From IMG/VR virus record IMGVR_UViG_3300008954_000007: DNA of 64,000 nt; one strand, 5' to 3'. The notes beneath the pieces were generated by a model, which saw only the letters and a list, made by a program, of their open reading frames with translations, was not told the DNA's origin and made no database searches. Numbering within the stretch: position 1 is the first letter of the stretch; each line of letters starts with the position of its first letter. Positions 37,501-49,500 of this stretch are shown here, piece after piece. The position numbers and the translations under genes were made by a program. This DNA is from a virus.

Positions 37501-40500
37501 ATGTACCTGGTAGTTTAGAGTTAATAACCCCTTATGCGATTAAAGAGTTTTCTAACACCTATAGTAAGACTTCTATAGGTAGTGAAAGAATTGATAATGT
37601 TGGGTTTGCCAAAGATGATCCATTGAGTGGTCAAGTTCTTGTCTATAGTGAAACTAGTGGCAATTGGGAGAATAAGTCTTTTGCATCTACTACTAGTACT
37701 CAAATAATAGTTGAAGATGGAACTTTAGATCTTTTTATAAAAGAAGAGCAAATAAAGAACAATCATATAGCTCCAGATGCAGAAATCGAAGATAGTAAAT
37801 TAGAATTAATTTCTTCAGCTAATAAAGTAAGTGCTAGTGCCTTTCCAATAGATACAGATACTGGATTATCAACTGTATTAATAGGGGAAGGGGATGATCG
37901 TTTTATTGAAGGGGAAGTTTTGTATGAGTTGTCTTTAGACAACACCCAAATGGCTGGATATGGACTGCAGTTCAAGTCAGCAGAAAAAGAATTAGAAGTT
38001 ATTACAGATTACACCAAATCTAATTATACAAGTCTTCCTGGTGCTGGATCTGATTTATGGTGGAACAACATCTCTAGATTAACTACTACGTTGTCAGCTA
38101 GTTCTTTCTTAGTACATAAGGATGATGGTGTAGGGGAAAATGTAAATCAGGATGGTCATAGTTATGGTGGTAACATTTATCTTCCACACAGAGAATTAAA
38201 TGAGCCATTTAGGTCTTCAGCTTATAACGATAATGGTGATCAATATTATTATGATAATGATCCATTTGGACAAATAAGAGTATTAAAGCCATCTCCAGAA
38301 TTTGATTACAGTGATTATATTTATCGTAAAAAACAAGCTCTTGAGGGATCAGAACATCCTTGGGGTCAAAAATATGATCGAAACAATAATAGTCTTTTAG
38401 ATATAACTGAAGAAGGTTATTTATTTGATAATTCTGAACCCTTTCAGATTACTAAAGATTATGTGGATGAAGACTTTATAGATCAAAAATTAACTTTTGA
38501 TACTACGTTGGGCGTAAATAGAATAGCAGTTACTGAATTATCTTTTTATACAGCAGCAGGGAATGTAGATTCATATGATGATATTACGTACTTAGGAACT
38601 CAAGCAGGTGGGTGGTCAACTGTTAATGGGATTAAGACAGGGGTTACTGATGAAGCTCAAATTAACATGGAGAACCCATCTCAGTTTTTATTAGCCTCAG
38701 AGTCTGCTATTGTTAATTTAATAACAGACCAAATGAATGTTGCTAATGAAATATTTGAACAAAGAGATGCCAAAATTTTTAGGGATGATGAATCTTTTTA
38801 TCAGTACACCATAGAAGAGTCCAAAGCTATGCTTTCCCCACTATCAGATGGGGATTTGCTTATGTTTAGAGAAGGGTTGGAGAAAGATGTATTGGGTGCA
38901 GTTACAACCTTATCTCCTGGTAAATGGGTCAACTATAAAGTTGCTGAAGATAGTCATATTATTTTTGATGTTGATGAGAATCCAGATGCTTACTACCTGC
39001 TAGAATATGCTCAGTGGCTAGAAGACAGAAGAGATCCACTTGGATATTGGACTTATGGGTTTGAAGACCCCAACTATACAACTGAATATCAAAACTGGAT
39101 AAATACTGGAAGTGATGGTAATCCACCAGAAAGATGGTGGGTTGAGAACAAATGGGTTCAACAGGCAGAAGATCCATCTACTGGAATTTCCTGGCCTGTA
39201 GAGCAAATTACTGAGAATCTATATCCTAATTTAACATCTTCTGAAAGAAGACAAATTAGTGATGATAGTTATGAAAACAGACAGTATTTTCAAGAAGAAA
39301 ACCCTTCAGAATTAAGATCACCCTATTTCACTTCAGAAGAATACTTAGATCTTTTCTATACTGCTGCAGGTGGTGCTCAGTTTACATTTTATTTAGATAG
39401 TTCAAATGCACCTAGTGAGGTAAGTTTCCCTATTGGTGTTCTTAGTAAAGGTTCTACTATTACCCCTACAGAGATAACTTATGTAAATCTTGAAACTGGT
39501 GTAATCACAGGATCTTATGATTATCGTCAGTATGTCTTCCCTAATCCAGGTATACATTTAAATTTAAGAGATCTATCTATTACTAATGATGCTATAGCTG
39601 TCAATGCTGAAATAGCAGACTATAAGTTGGCAGACATTAGTACACCAGATAAGGTTCTTGGAACTGCAGTTCAACTCCATCCATATACTGCACTTGAAAA
39701 TTATATTATTGAAGAAGCCTTAAGCCCAGGCTCTAGTTTAGCTCAAGCTGGATACTCTTACGAAGAGGGTGGGTTAAATAGTGTTGGTTTAAGAATCAAA
39801 TCAAGCTTTGCTGGTCAGGGTTTAGAGATGACAGAAGATAACATTATGAATATCTCTGCATCTTTAGCCCATGTTACAGAGTTGGGAACTCTAACTATTG
39901 GTAATTGGCAAGCAGATCCAATTGAAATGGAGTTTATTGAGGATATAGATCAGTCTTTATTATCATCATCAACACCATCATTTGCAGGTATACGCTTGGG
40001 GTCAGTTGCTGGTGGATATCATACTATTAGTAAGTTCGATGATGATGGTCAGTTAGGTGGTCAAGTAGATGAAAACCATTTAGGTGATGGGTTTTTACCT
40101 ACTCAAAAAGCTGTTAGACTATTCTTTGACCAGAGGTCAGACCAAGACTTAAAGACAACAGATTCAGTGACATTTACTGGATTACAGATAGATGTTTCAT
40201 CTCCTGTAGAAATAAAACATATCTTTGATGATATGTCTTTAACAGATGAGGGAAATACAGGTTATTTGAGTGAGTCTTTAGCAACTCAAGGGTCTATTAA
40301 AGCATATGTAGACTTAAAATCTGGTGATGCAGCAGATGCTGTAATCTTAAGTGGTTTACAAGACACAAGTATTCAGGCTCCAGTTGTTGGTCAAATGTTG
40401 ATGTATCAAGAGCTTGCTCTTGGTCTTGGGGAAAATAACCCTAAGCGTTGGGTAAATATAAATATAGGTACTGATAATAGTGATATAGAAGTAGATGAAA

Positions 40501-43500
40501 CAAATAGTTTCATATTGAGATCCAATGCTGTATCTAATATAAACATTGTTCCAGGAGCAGGTATATCTGACTCTAAACTAGAGCAAATTACTACTCCTGG
40601 TAAAGTCTCTGGTACAGCAATTCAACTATCTACATTTTCTTCATTAACCACTAGGCTAGAAGAGGGTGGTGCTTTAGAGATAAGCCATAATTTAGTAGGA
40701 ACTCAAACAGTAACTGGATTAGATTTTTGGCATATAGATGAAGATGGTAATGAAGAGTTAGTTTCTCAAGGATCAGGTGCATCGTTAGATTTACCTAGAC
40801 AAGAAATTAGGCTGAATACAGAGAGCATAGAGTGGCAAGGGAATAAATTTAAACTTTCCCACATGGATGCTACTTTCACTAATCAAGCCCTAAGAACACA
40901 AGATGAAGTAGGGTTTCAATCAGTAGATGCCAGTAGCATTTCAGTTACTAATAATATGACTATTGGTGGAACATTAGAGGTGGGTGATGAGCTTACTGTA
41001 GATAGTGATGTTACGATTACTGGTGATTTAGTAGTTCAGGGAGATGGTTCTCAAGTTGAATTAGAAGTAACTCATTTATTTGTAGATGATTCTAGGGTCA
41101 TGTTTGGAACTGACCCTACAGAAGGGCCAAACAATGGTGTGGGATTTTATGGGTTATATGGTGGTTCTTCTGCTCAATCTGAAGTCTCTACAGTTGGTCT
41201 TGTGTATGGGGAATCAATTTATGCCACAAATGGAAATCATGGGGATATTTTTTACCTATTTGACACTAACAATGACATTGGAGTTGCTCCTAGTTGGAAT
41301 TTAAATTTAATCGCTAATAATCTCAGTACAATAACAAGCAATAGGGCTACTTTAAGTGCCAATATTATTGGGAACATTCTCACTGAAGTACAAGAGTTTA
41401 ATGAGATTAACCCATCAGATGGAAATGATATTGACATTAATGAATTAAGGGTAACCAGTATTAGTACTGGTGTTGATCCAAGAATCACTATAGCTCCAAA
41501 GGCATCTGGTATAGCCTTAGTAGTTGGAAATCAACTTGCAAGATATGAAGGAACTTGGAGTGGAGAACTAATACAAAGAGAATATCTTGAAGGAATGAGT
41601 GAAGATTCAGTAGCTGAGTTTAAAAAGCTAGTTCTTGATCATCAAGAAGGTGGAGTATATGACTCTAGTTTCCAACTTAGGGGCGTAGAGATTAATGAAA
41701 TATCTAAATCTGGAATTTGGAATTCACATGAATCCACGCAATTTGGATATGGAAATGACATCACTACTGTTACATCTTCTGTGCCTTTAGATATAGAAGA
41801 GTTAGCTGAATTTGTTCATTTACACTTAAGAGAAACAGGATCATTTTATTATACAGATTATGCAAATATTGGTTCATCTGATGACTTTAGTGATGGAGAT
41901 ATTAAACAACATGAATACTTATCAGGTTCAGATCCTGTTAATTTAGATGATGAATTAGTTACTAAAGGGATGTTGGTTGAGTTTTTAAATAATATTAGTA
42001 TTAATAATTTAGTTGATGTTGTTACTCATGAAAAACATATTGATTATAATCAAATTAGTAGCACTAATTATACATCTAATATTAGGTGGAGAGCTTTAAA
42101 CAATGCAGAACCTTTCACTTTAAATGAATTTAATGTTGGTGGTGGAGATTTTGATGCTAAAATTAAATCAGATGATAATTATAGTGATGATAGAGTAGAA
42201 AGCTTTGGTTCTGTTTTATTTTATGTGAATGTTGATCAACATGAGAGATACGATACCAATAATGAACAGGGTGATATGTATCCTAAATTTGATTATAAGG
42301 ATAATATAAAACATACTCACCCTACATTTTTTGGAAACCTAAATAAGAAATATAATGATAGTGGTGCTTGGATTCCTAGAAGAATCGAAGACATGGTGTG
42401 GAAAGGTAGTTGGCAAGGAGATCCTATATCCAATGATTATATTGGTGGAATTAATCAGGATTTATTAACTTCTTCATCAGTAGTTTTTCACGAATTAGAA
42501 CTCTCAACTGCAGGTGGTTTTTCTCCATCTTTAACACTGCCAAGCACTAAGTCTGTTAATGATAAAGCTGTCATTAACAAGATAAATGATGATGTAATAG
42601 AATTAGGATCAAACCTAACTATAGACACATCAACTGGTGGATATGTAGAAGATAATTATTTAGTAACAGAGTCTGTGCTTAGAACTTATGTTCATGAAAC
42701 ATTAACAGAAGGTTCTGAATTAAAAGTTGAGGCAATGGGTGATGTTCAATTTGATTTAGATCATATTGACAACTTCAAACTTTGGGTTAGGTATTTAAAT
42801 CAAGGTGAGATTCATACTGAACAGCATAGAACTTATCCCCCTACGCATAATGCATATTTATACGCTAATTTTATAGTTAGTAGAGGGTCAATACCTGTTT
42901 TCTTTAAAGAGCAAGATGTTGATTTTGATCATGAATTAACAACACCTTCTTTAGGTGGTTTAAATCCAACTATTAGATCAATTTTATTTTCATCTAATAG
43001 TCAAATTAATTTTTCTTTACCTCAAAATGTAGTTCAATATTATGGTAAGACCTTAAGTAGTGGTATACCAAATGATCCCACTGGATTTGTTTCTGGAAAT
43101 CGTGCTATTACAGCCAATTATTCTTCTGCACCCCCCATTAATGTAGATTATACTGATGATCATAATTATGCTTCTGGAAGTTGGGATTTTGTACCTGTAG
43201 ATGAAGATATAGAAAGGTTCAATAGTCTACACAATAGTATTTTCCCTAAAACTATTTCTGACATCAGGGATCATCTTGGGAATGTAGATGATGGAAATGG
43301 TGGTTGGATTGATGGATCAGATGGTTCCATAGAAATAGTCTTAAGAGTAGTTGATTTAGATAAGGATTTATCTGGTGAGCCATCTGTACAGGATTTTATA
43401 TCTGATGATGAGGCTCAGTTTGTAGTTAAATTTAATTCATTAGCTGATTGGTGGAACAGATTAATTTCTGTTGAAGCATCTGAATATGCAGGTGAGCAAC

Positions 43501-46500
43501 CAGGTGATGTTTTTCAAGTTGATGGTTATGAGTCTTTTAGATGGAAATTACAAAGATCAATAGAGGGTTATCTTGATTCTCTTTTAGAAGATCCTAGTTT
43601 AACTATAGATAACCAGAGTTCTTTAAATCAACAACGTGATATAAGGGCTAATGATAAAGACCTACTGTTGTTTGACTATGATTTAGTTTCTACTGCTACT
43701 GGAGAACAGGGAACATGGACTACTTCAACAGATTTATCTATAGATACTTTAAAACTATATGATTGGGAAAACACTAGAACAGAGGTAGTTCCTTCTGGCG
43801 ATGAATTTATAAACATAGATACAGGAAGAACTTATTCATCAGACTATGTTAAATCAGAAAATATTGTTATAGATGGTGCAAATGTATCTCTTCACTTGGG
43901 GGAAAACGCTTACTTCTATACAGTACAGGATTTACCAAGCTATCTTTTAGAAGAAGATGAAATAACAACTATAAGTAAAGTATCTAGAACTATAGAAAGA
44001 TATAACAATAACGATAAGACTTTAGTAACTGAAAAAGCAATTTTTGATCATATTAGGGAATCTCTTAATACTTTAGAGTTAAAAGATATAAACATTAAAT
44101 ATGATGTTTTTTCAATTCTTAACAACTACACTCATCCTAATAATAATCTTTCAGATAATAACCTTAGCTATTGGGAGTTAGATCATGTTGACTTCCAAAA
44201 TGATACTGTTAAGGAAAGACCTAAGTTCACCATGATGGAAGTTAAGTCTGAGTGGGATAGTCATGTTGGAAATACCAATATAAAGCTTCCTGTTGGGCAT
44301 CAGACTAATGGTGTAGATGCTAGTTCTAGTACTAATGAATACCATAGCCTTCAAGATTGGCAAAAATATGAGTTTAATGTATACACTCAGTTAACAGCAA
44401 GGGTTGATGATTTTTATATTAGTGTACTTCAAAATAGTTGGAGTAGTCGTTATAGCTGGAGATCTCACTACACTGGATATAGTAAGGGAATGCCAGGGTA
44501 TGATTGGTCAGATTCATCAAGCTTCAGTGATATAGAAGCTTATATGCATGGGGAGAATGATGACAATCCAGGAGTCATTTCTTTTAATTATCTACCTCAG
44601 TCAATTAACATTAAAGATAAAGATCTATCTCCTTTATCTCCAGTATATTCCTATAGGTATAATTATGGTAATAGTGCATATCCAGATTATAGAAGACTTG
44701 GTGGAATAAGTTTAGATCACATAGGTTTTCTTGATAAATATGCTCAAAAAGCTTATGTAGATCAGTCTAACTTAGACGATAACAACAATATTCAGTGGAA
44801 TCAAGATGATCCTGATGGTAATGATGATGATTGGAAAGGATTATTTAGCAGTAGTCTTTTAAGATTAGGGGAAGACTTAGAACTACATAATAGTTTTTTA
44901 GAGGTAGATACAAAAGAATACGATGATAACACTTATGCACGTTATAACAAGTTTAGAAGATCCCATGATGTATTAAAGGTTGACGTACATTCTTTAGTTA
45001 GTCCAACGTCTAGTCGTATAACCCAGGGATATTATGGTCATTCTGATGATCAGTTTTTATATGATGATGCATCCACCTATAGGGTTTCAGATGGAAGTGG
45101 TGGGTATGATTATGATGTTGATTCTTTTGAATCAGGACTAGAGGTTGTTTCTTATAAATATAGTCCATATATTTATCATTATTCTGGCAGTGGTAATAGT
45201 TATAGGCGTAGGATTGGAGACAGTAATTCCCCAGGTGATTCATTAGGAGATGATGGAGTTGGATCTGCTGATTTTATTAGAACTTCCCCTAATCAACAAC
45301 ACCACCCTTTAGTAACATTCAATAGTATAGAAGTTAAAAACGATTTAATATTAGGTAGTCAAGAAAACACAGATTATGCAGATTACATTGCTGCTTCAGA
45401 CCAAGCACAGTGGTTAATTGATAATGGTCTAACTGAGCCACCAGAGCCAACTGTTCCTTTATTGGGTTTATCTAGTAGTGGGGTTTTAACTGCACAAGAA
45501 TATAGAGGAGTATGGAGAGGAGATCCACTCAAACAGGAAGATTTAGATGACAGTTTTTTAGATCAAGATTTAACTACAGTTTCTTCACCTAATTTCTTAA
45601 AGATTGGTGTTGGGCCATTATGGAACCAAGCATCTACAAATTGGGCTAACTGGAGTTACTTATCTGAGTTTGGAATAGTAGCGCAAGGTGGAATTCTTGT
45701 AAGAAAAGATGTTGACGCAGGAACTGATAATGCACTAGTTGTTACAGAGGGTCTTAAAATAAAAGACATGACTAGTGGGTATGGGCTAACCTCTAATGGT
45801 GGCAATGTTTTAGGTGGCGAAAACATATTAAATCCAGAAGGATTCAGTGATGCTGTAAGTTTACCTTATACCATAGAGTACAATGATGAAGATACTGGAG
45901 AGTTAATAACAGAGAATCATACGTTTAGTGAGATTATTCCTACAATTAATTACATCACTAATAATCCTGACTTTTTCAATGTTTTTAATCCAAATTCAAA
46001 TACATTTAAAGACACTGAGTCTTTAGCCACAGTCTACGCTATAAAATCCTATATTGAAGCTAAAACAGGGATTTCTCCCAACTTGTCTGCACTAGGAGAC
46101 ACCTATTTTGTAGATTTAATGGAAGTTACAAGTTCTGGAGATGCTCTGTGGTTCCCTTTGTTTAATAAAGATAAAATAGTAGGTGGATCAGAAGGTGTTG
46201 GTAAGTGGGTAAATAGAAAATTTGGTGGTGACATTATACTATCAGACCCACACTTTGCACTAGAGGGTGGACTTGAACCCAAAACTGCAGAGTTTAAAAT
46301 TGTAAACATAGATGATGGTATTGTTCCTATTAACGAAGGTGCTTCAGGGCTAGAAGATGTCAATGGATTAAGAATAAAAACTGACATTGCTGGAGAAGGG
46401 CTATTGGTTGATGCTTCATCATCAAGTACAAGTACCCCTGAAGAATATGCAAATTTTTTAGCTCTAGGAACACCTAATTATATGACAGTTAGGGTGGTTG

Positions 46501-49500
46501 AAGTTCCAGCAGGAATGATAAGAGCAACTGGAGAGTATGGTGATCCTGTAACAGATTTTGCTACTGGTAATGGAAGTTCTAGTGACTATGAGTTTGTATC
46601 TGGAAATGAACAATGGTGGTATTTGTCTAGTTATGGATTCTTACCAGATGCTTTAAAAGAGTCAAATACTGGTGGTTTTTCTGTAGGTGATGTCATTACT
46701 ATCCATACTACAGATAGTAATTTTAATTTCTCAAGTACTGAGTATATTACACTTTTAGAATATTTTAGAGAAGCTTTTCAAGCACACTTTGGTGATCAAA
46801 CTTCTAATGATTTTATTTTAAATTTTAATTCTTCAGGTTTAATTTGGGAAGGAAGAGGGTTTACATTATCTGACGTTAGGAGTGGTCTTGAAGATGGTGA
46901 TCAGTGGGTAGATCAAGATTTAAAAACCACAGACGATGTGGAGTTCAAATCAATTGTTATTGATACTCAGACCTCTGTTAATACATTAACTATTAGTGAT
47001 GGTAATATTACTTTAGAAACTTATCATGATCCTATAGGGATTGGTAATGATTATCATAATTTTATAGATTTAAATGTTGATGGTGATGGTTATATTAAGT
47101 CTAATGGACTTCAAATATATGAAACAAGAACTCACCAACAACAACAAAATTCTTCTGCTACTATCACAAAAGAAGGTGCTTTAACAGCCTTATCAATTTC
47201 ATCAGATAGTATCACAACAGATGAATTAGCAGCAAGAGAGATTCAGAGTGATGGGAACTTATCTATTGGTAAAGATTTTAAAGTAGGATCTAACGTCAAT
47301 ATAACTTCTTATTATGAGGAAGATCCCATAACAGATTCTTACACTAATTTAGTGAATTTTGAATCTTCTTCTGGACTAAACCTAAGAGATTTTTATTATG
47401 TAAATACTGATGCTCAGGGTGATTTAACGATTAGGAGACAAGATAGGGAATTACTTGAAGCTCCTTTTATTGATGAAAGTCTTACAGGAGATCAGTTACT
47501 AGAAGAAGAGAAGAAGCATGAGAATCTTTTAGCAGAAGCAGGTCATACTGTTTTAGATACTAAGTCTTTAATTGTTAATACATCATTAATAAAATTATCT
47601 AGTAGAAATATAACCATAGATGGTGAAGCACCATTTGGAAATATTGCTAATGATAATCATGATATTGGTTTTTATGCCAACTATAGAGATGCCTCTAGTG
47701 AAGTAGATAAAATAACAGGTTTATTTAGGCAACATTCTGATGGATTAAACGAAGGAGAAGCAGGAAGAAGAAAGGGTGAATATTATCTTTTTGATGTTCC
47801 CAGGTTTGTTAGAGGATATAGGAAAACTAGGAAATATACTGAGAGATATAAGGCATATCAAACACTAGTAGAGTATATAAGTATATCTAGTAATTATCAT
47901 GCAGATAGTAACCCTAAAGGTCAGTCTGAAGGATACTATGTAAACCATTTTCACAGTATGTTTAAGCATCAACATATTGAAGGTGATGGTCAATATGAGC
48001 CTAATCCATATTGGTATCCAGAGATATTGTTTGATTACACAACTAGAGCTTTATATACACCTTCCACTGATCCATCATCAGAAGGATTTGATGATACTTC
48101 TGGTATTTCTTGGTTTGTTGGTGAATGGACTCAATCTGGAAATTCAACTCAGTATCATGTAGATTTACCAACAATTAAAGATTATAACGATGGGATGGTA
48201 TATGCAGGTACAGCCTCTCCTTATGGATCTCATCAAGCTGAAAATACTTCTCTGAAGGATTATTTCGATGGACTTTTAAGTTGGAAAGATGCTTATGATC
48301 ATAATAGTACATTATCACCTATAGAAGTTGGGGGGGTTGTAGACTCTAGCCACCCTGATTGGATGGTTCCAGGATCAGAGGGGATAAACGCTATATATGA
48401 ATATGATGAATCACATTCTCTTTCTGAGAAAGATTCTGATAAAGCTTGGTTTGGATATGTTTTAGAGGATATGCCTGGTGAATTAGAGTATGAAGCATAC
48501 AATGATCCTTATGATCCAGCACCTTTAAGTGGGTATGATCTAACAGATATAGGTAATCCTGATAATACTCAAAGTGGAACACAGACTGCATCAGAAACAC
48601 CAGCACCTAATTCTTATTCAGAGTTTGATAATTTTAATGAGATTTTAGGCAAGGAGATATATACAGCGTTTGTTGGGGATTATGGTGTTGGTAGTCATAT
48701 TTACAAGTGGTATAGAAAGTCTGGAGAGGACATGGCTCCACCACAAGAATATGAATATATTGACACACCAGAAGGGAGACAATATTCCTATGAAGTAAAC
48801 AGTACTGTAAGTATAGAAATGGCTTATTTAGATAGGCTTGAGGATGTAGAGGATGTAACAGGATATTGGGATACTCCTTATAGACGTGTTGATGGAAAAG
48901 ACATAATAAAGTTTACCACAGAGTTTGGTAATTTTTTAAATACACCTAAAGTACAGTATAGGTATTCTCCAACTGAAGATTATCCTTTTGAAATAATAAC
49001 TGGTAGTCCACATTTTTATATCTATCAAGAGCCAGACTATACTGATCATGATTTAGTGGGTAAGTACAGATATTTATGGTTAGTTAAAGGAGAGGGAGAT
49101 CAAGCTGATAGAGTTACTACGTTAACGCCAGAAGAATTCTCAGAAATATATGGTGGAAATGTAAATAGTATTGTTCCTTTACTTAGGGAATTTACAGATG
49201 ATAAATACAACCCAAGAGATTTTCAATTAGCAAAATTAAATGCTGTTCTTTCAGAGGATTCTAAGTGGAAAGGACAAAAAATTGAATTTGAATACATAGA
49301 TGAAGAGTTAACTTCTAAAATTCAAGAGGCAGATACTCACAGAGGAAGATTAGACAATCCTCACAATGTAACATCTAATCAAATTCAAGATTTTGATGAT
49401 AATGTTTCTGAACTACTCAATGTATTTACTGGAGATATAAGAACAGATGAACAGCAAGACTCTAACAATAGTGAATATATAGATCCATCTAATCCATCTG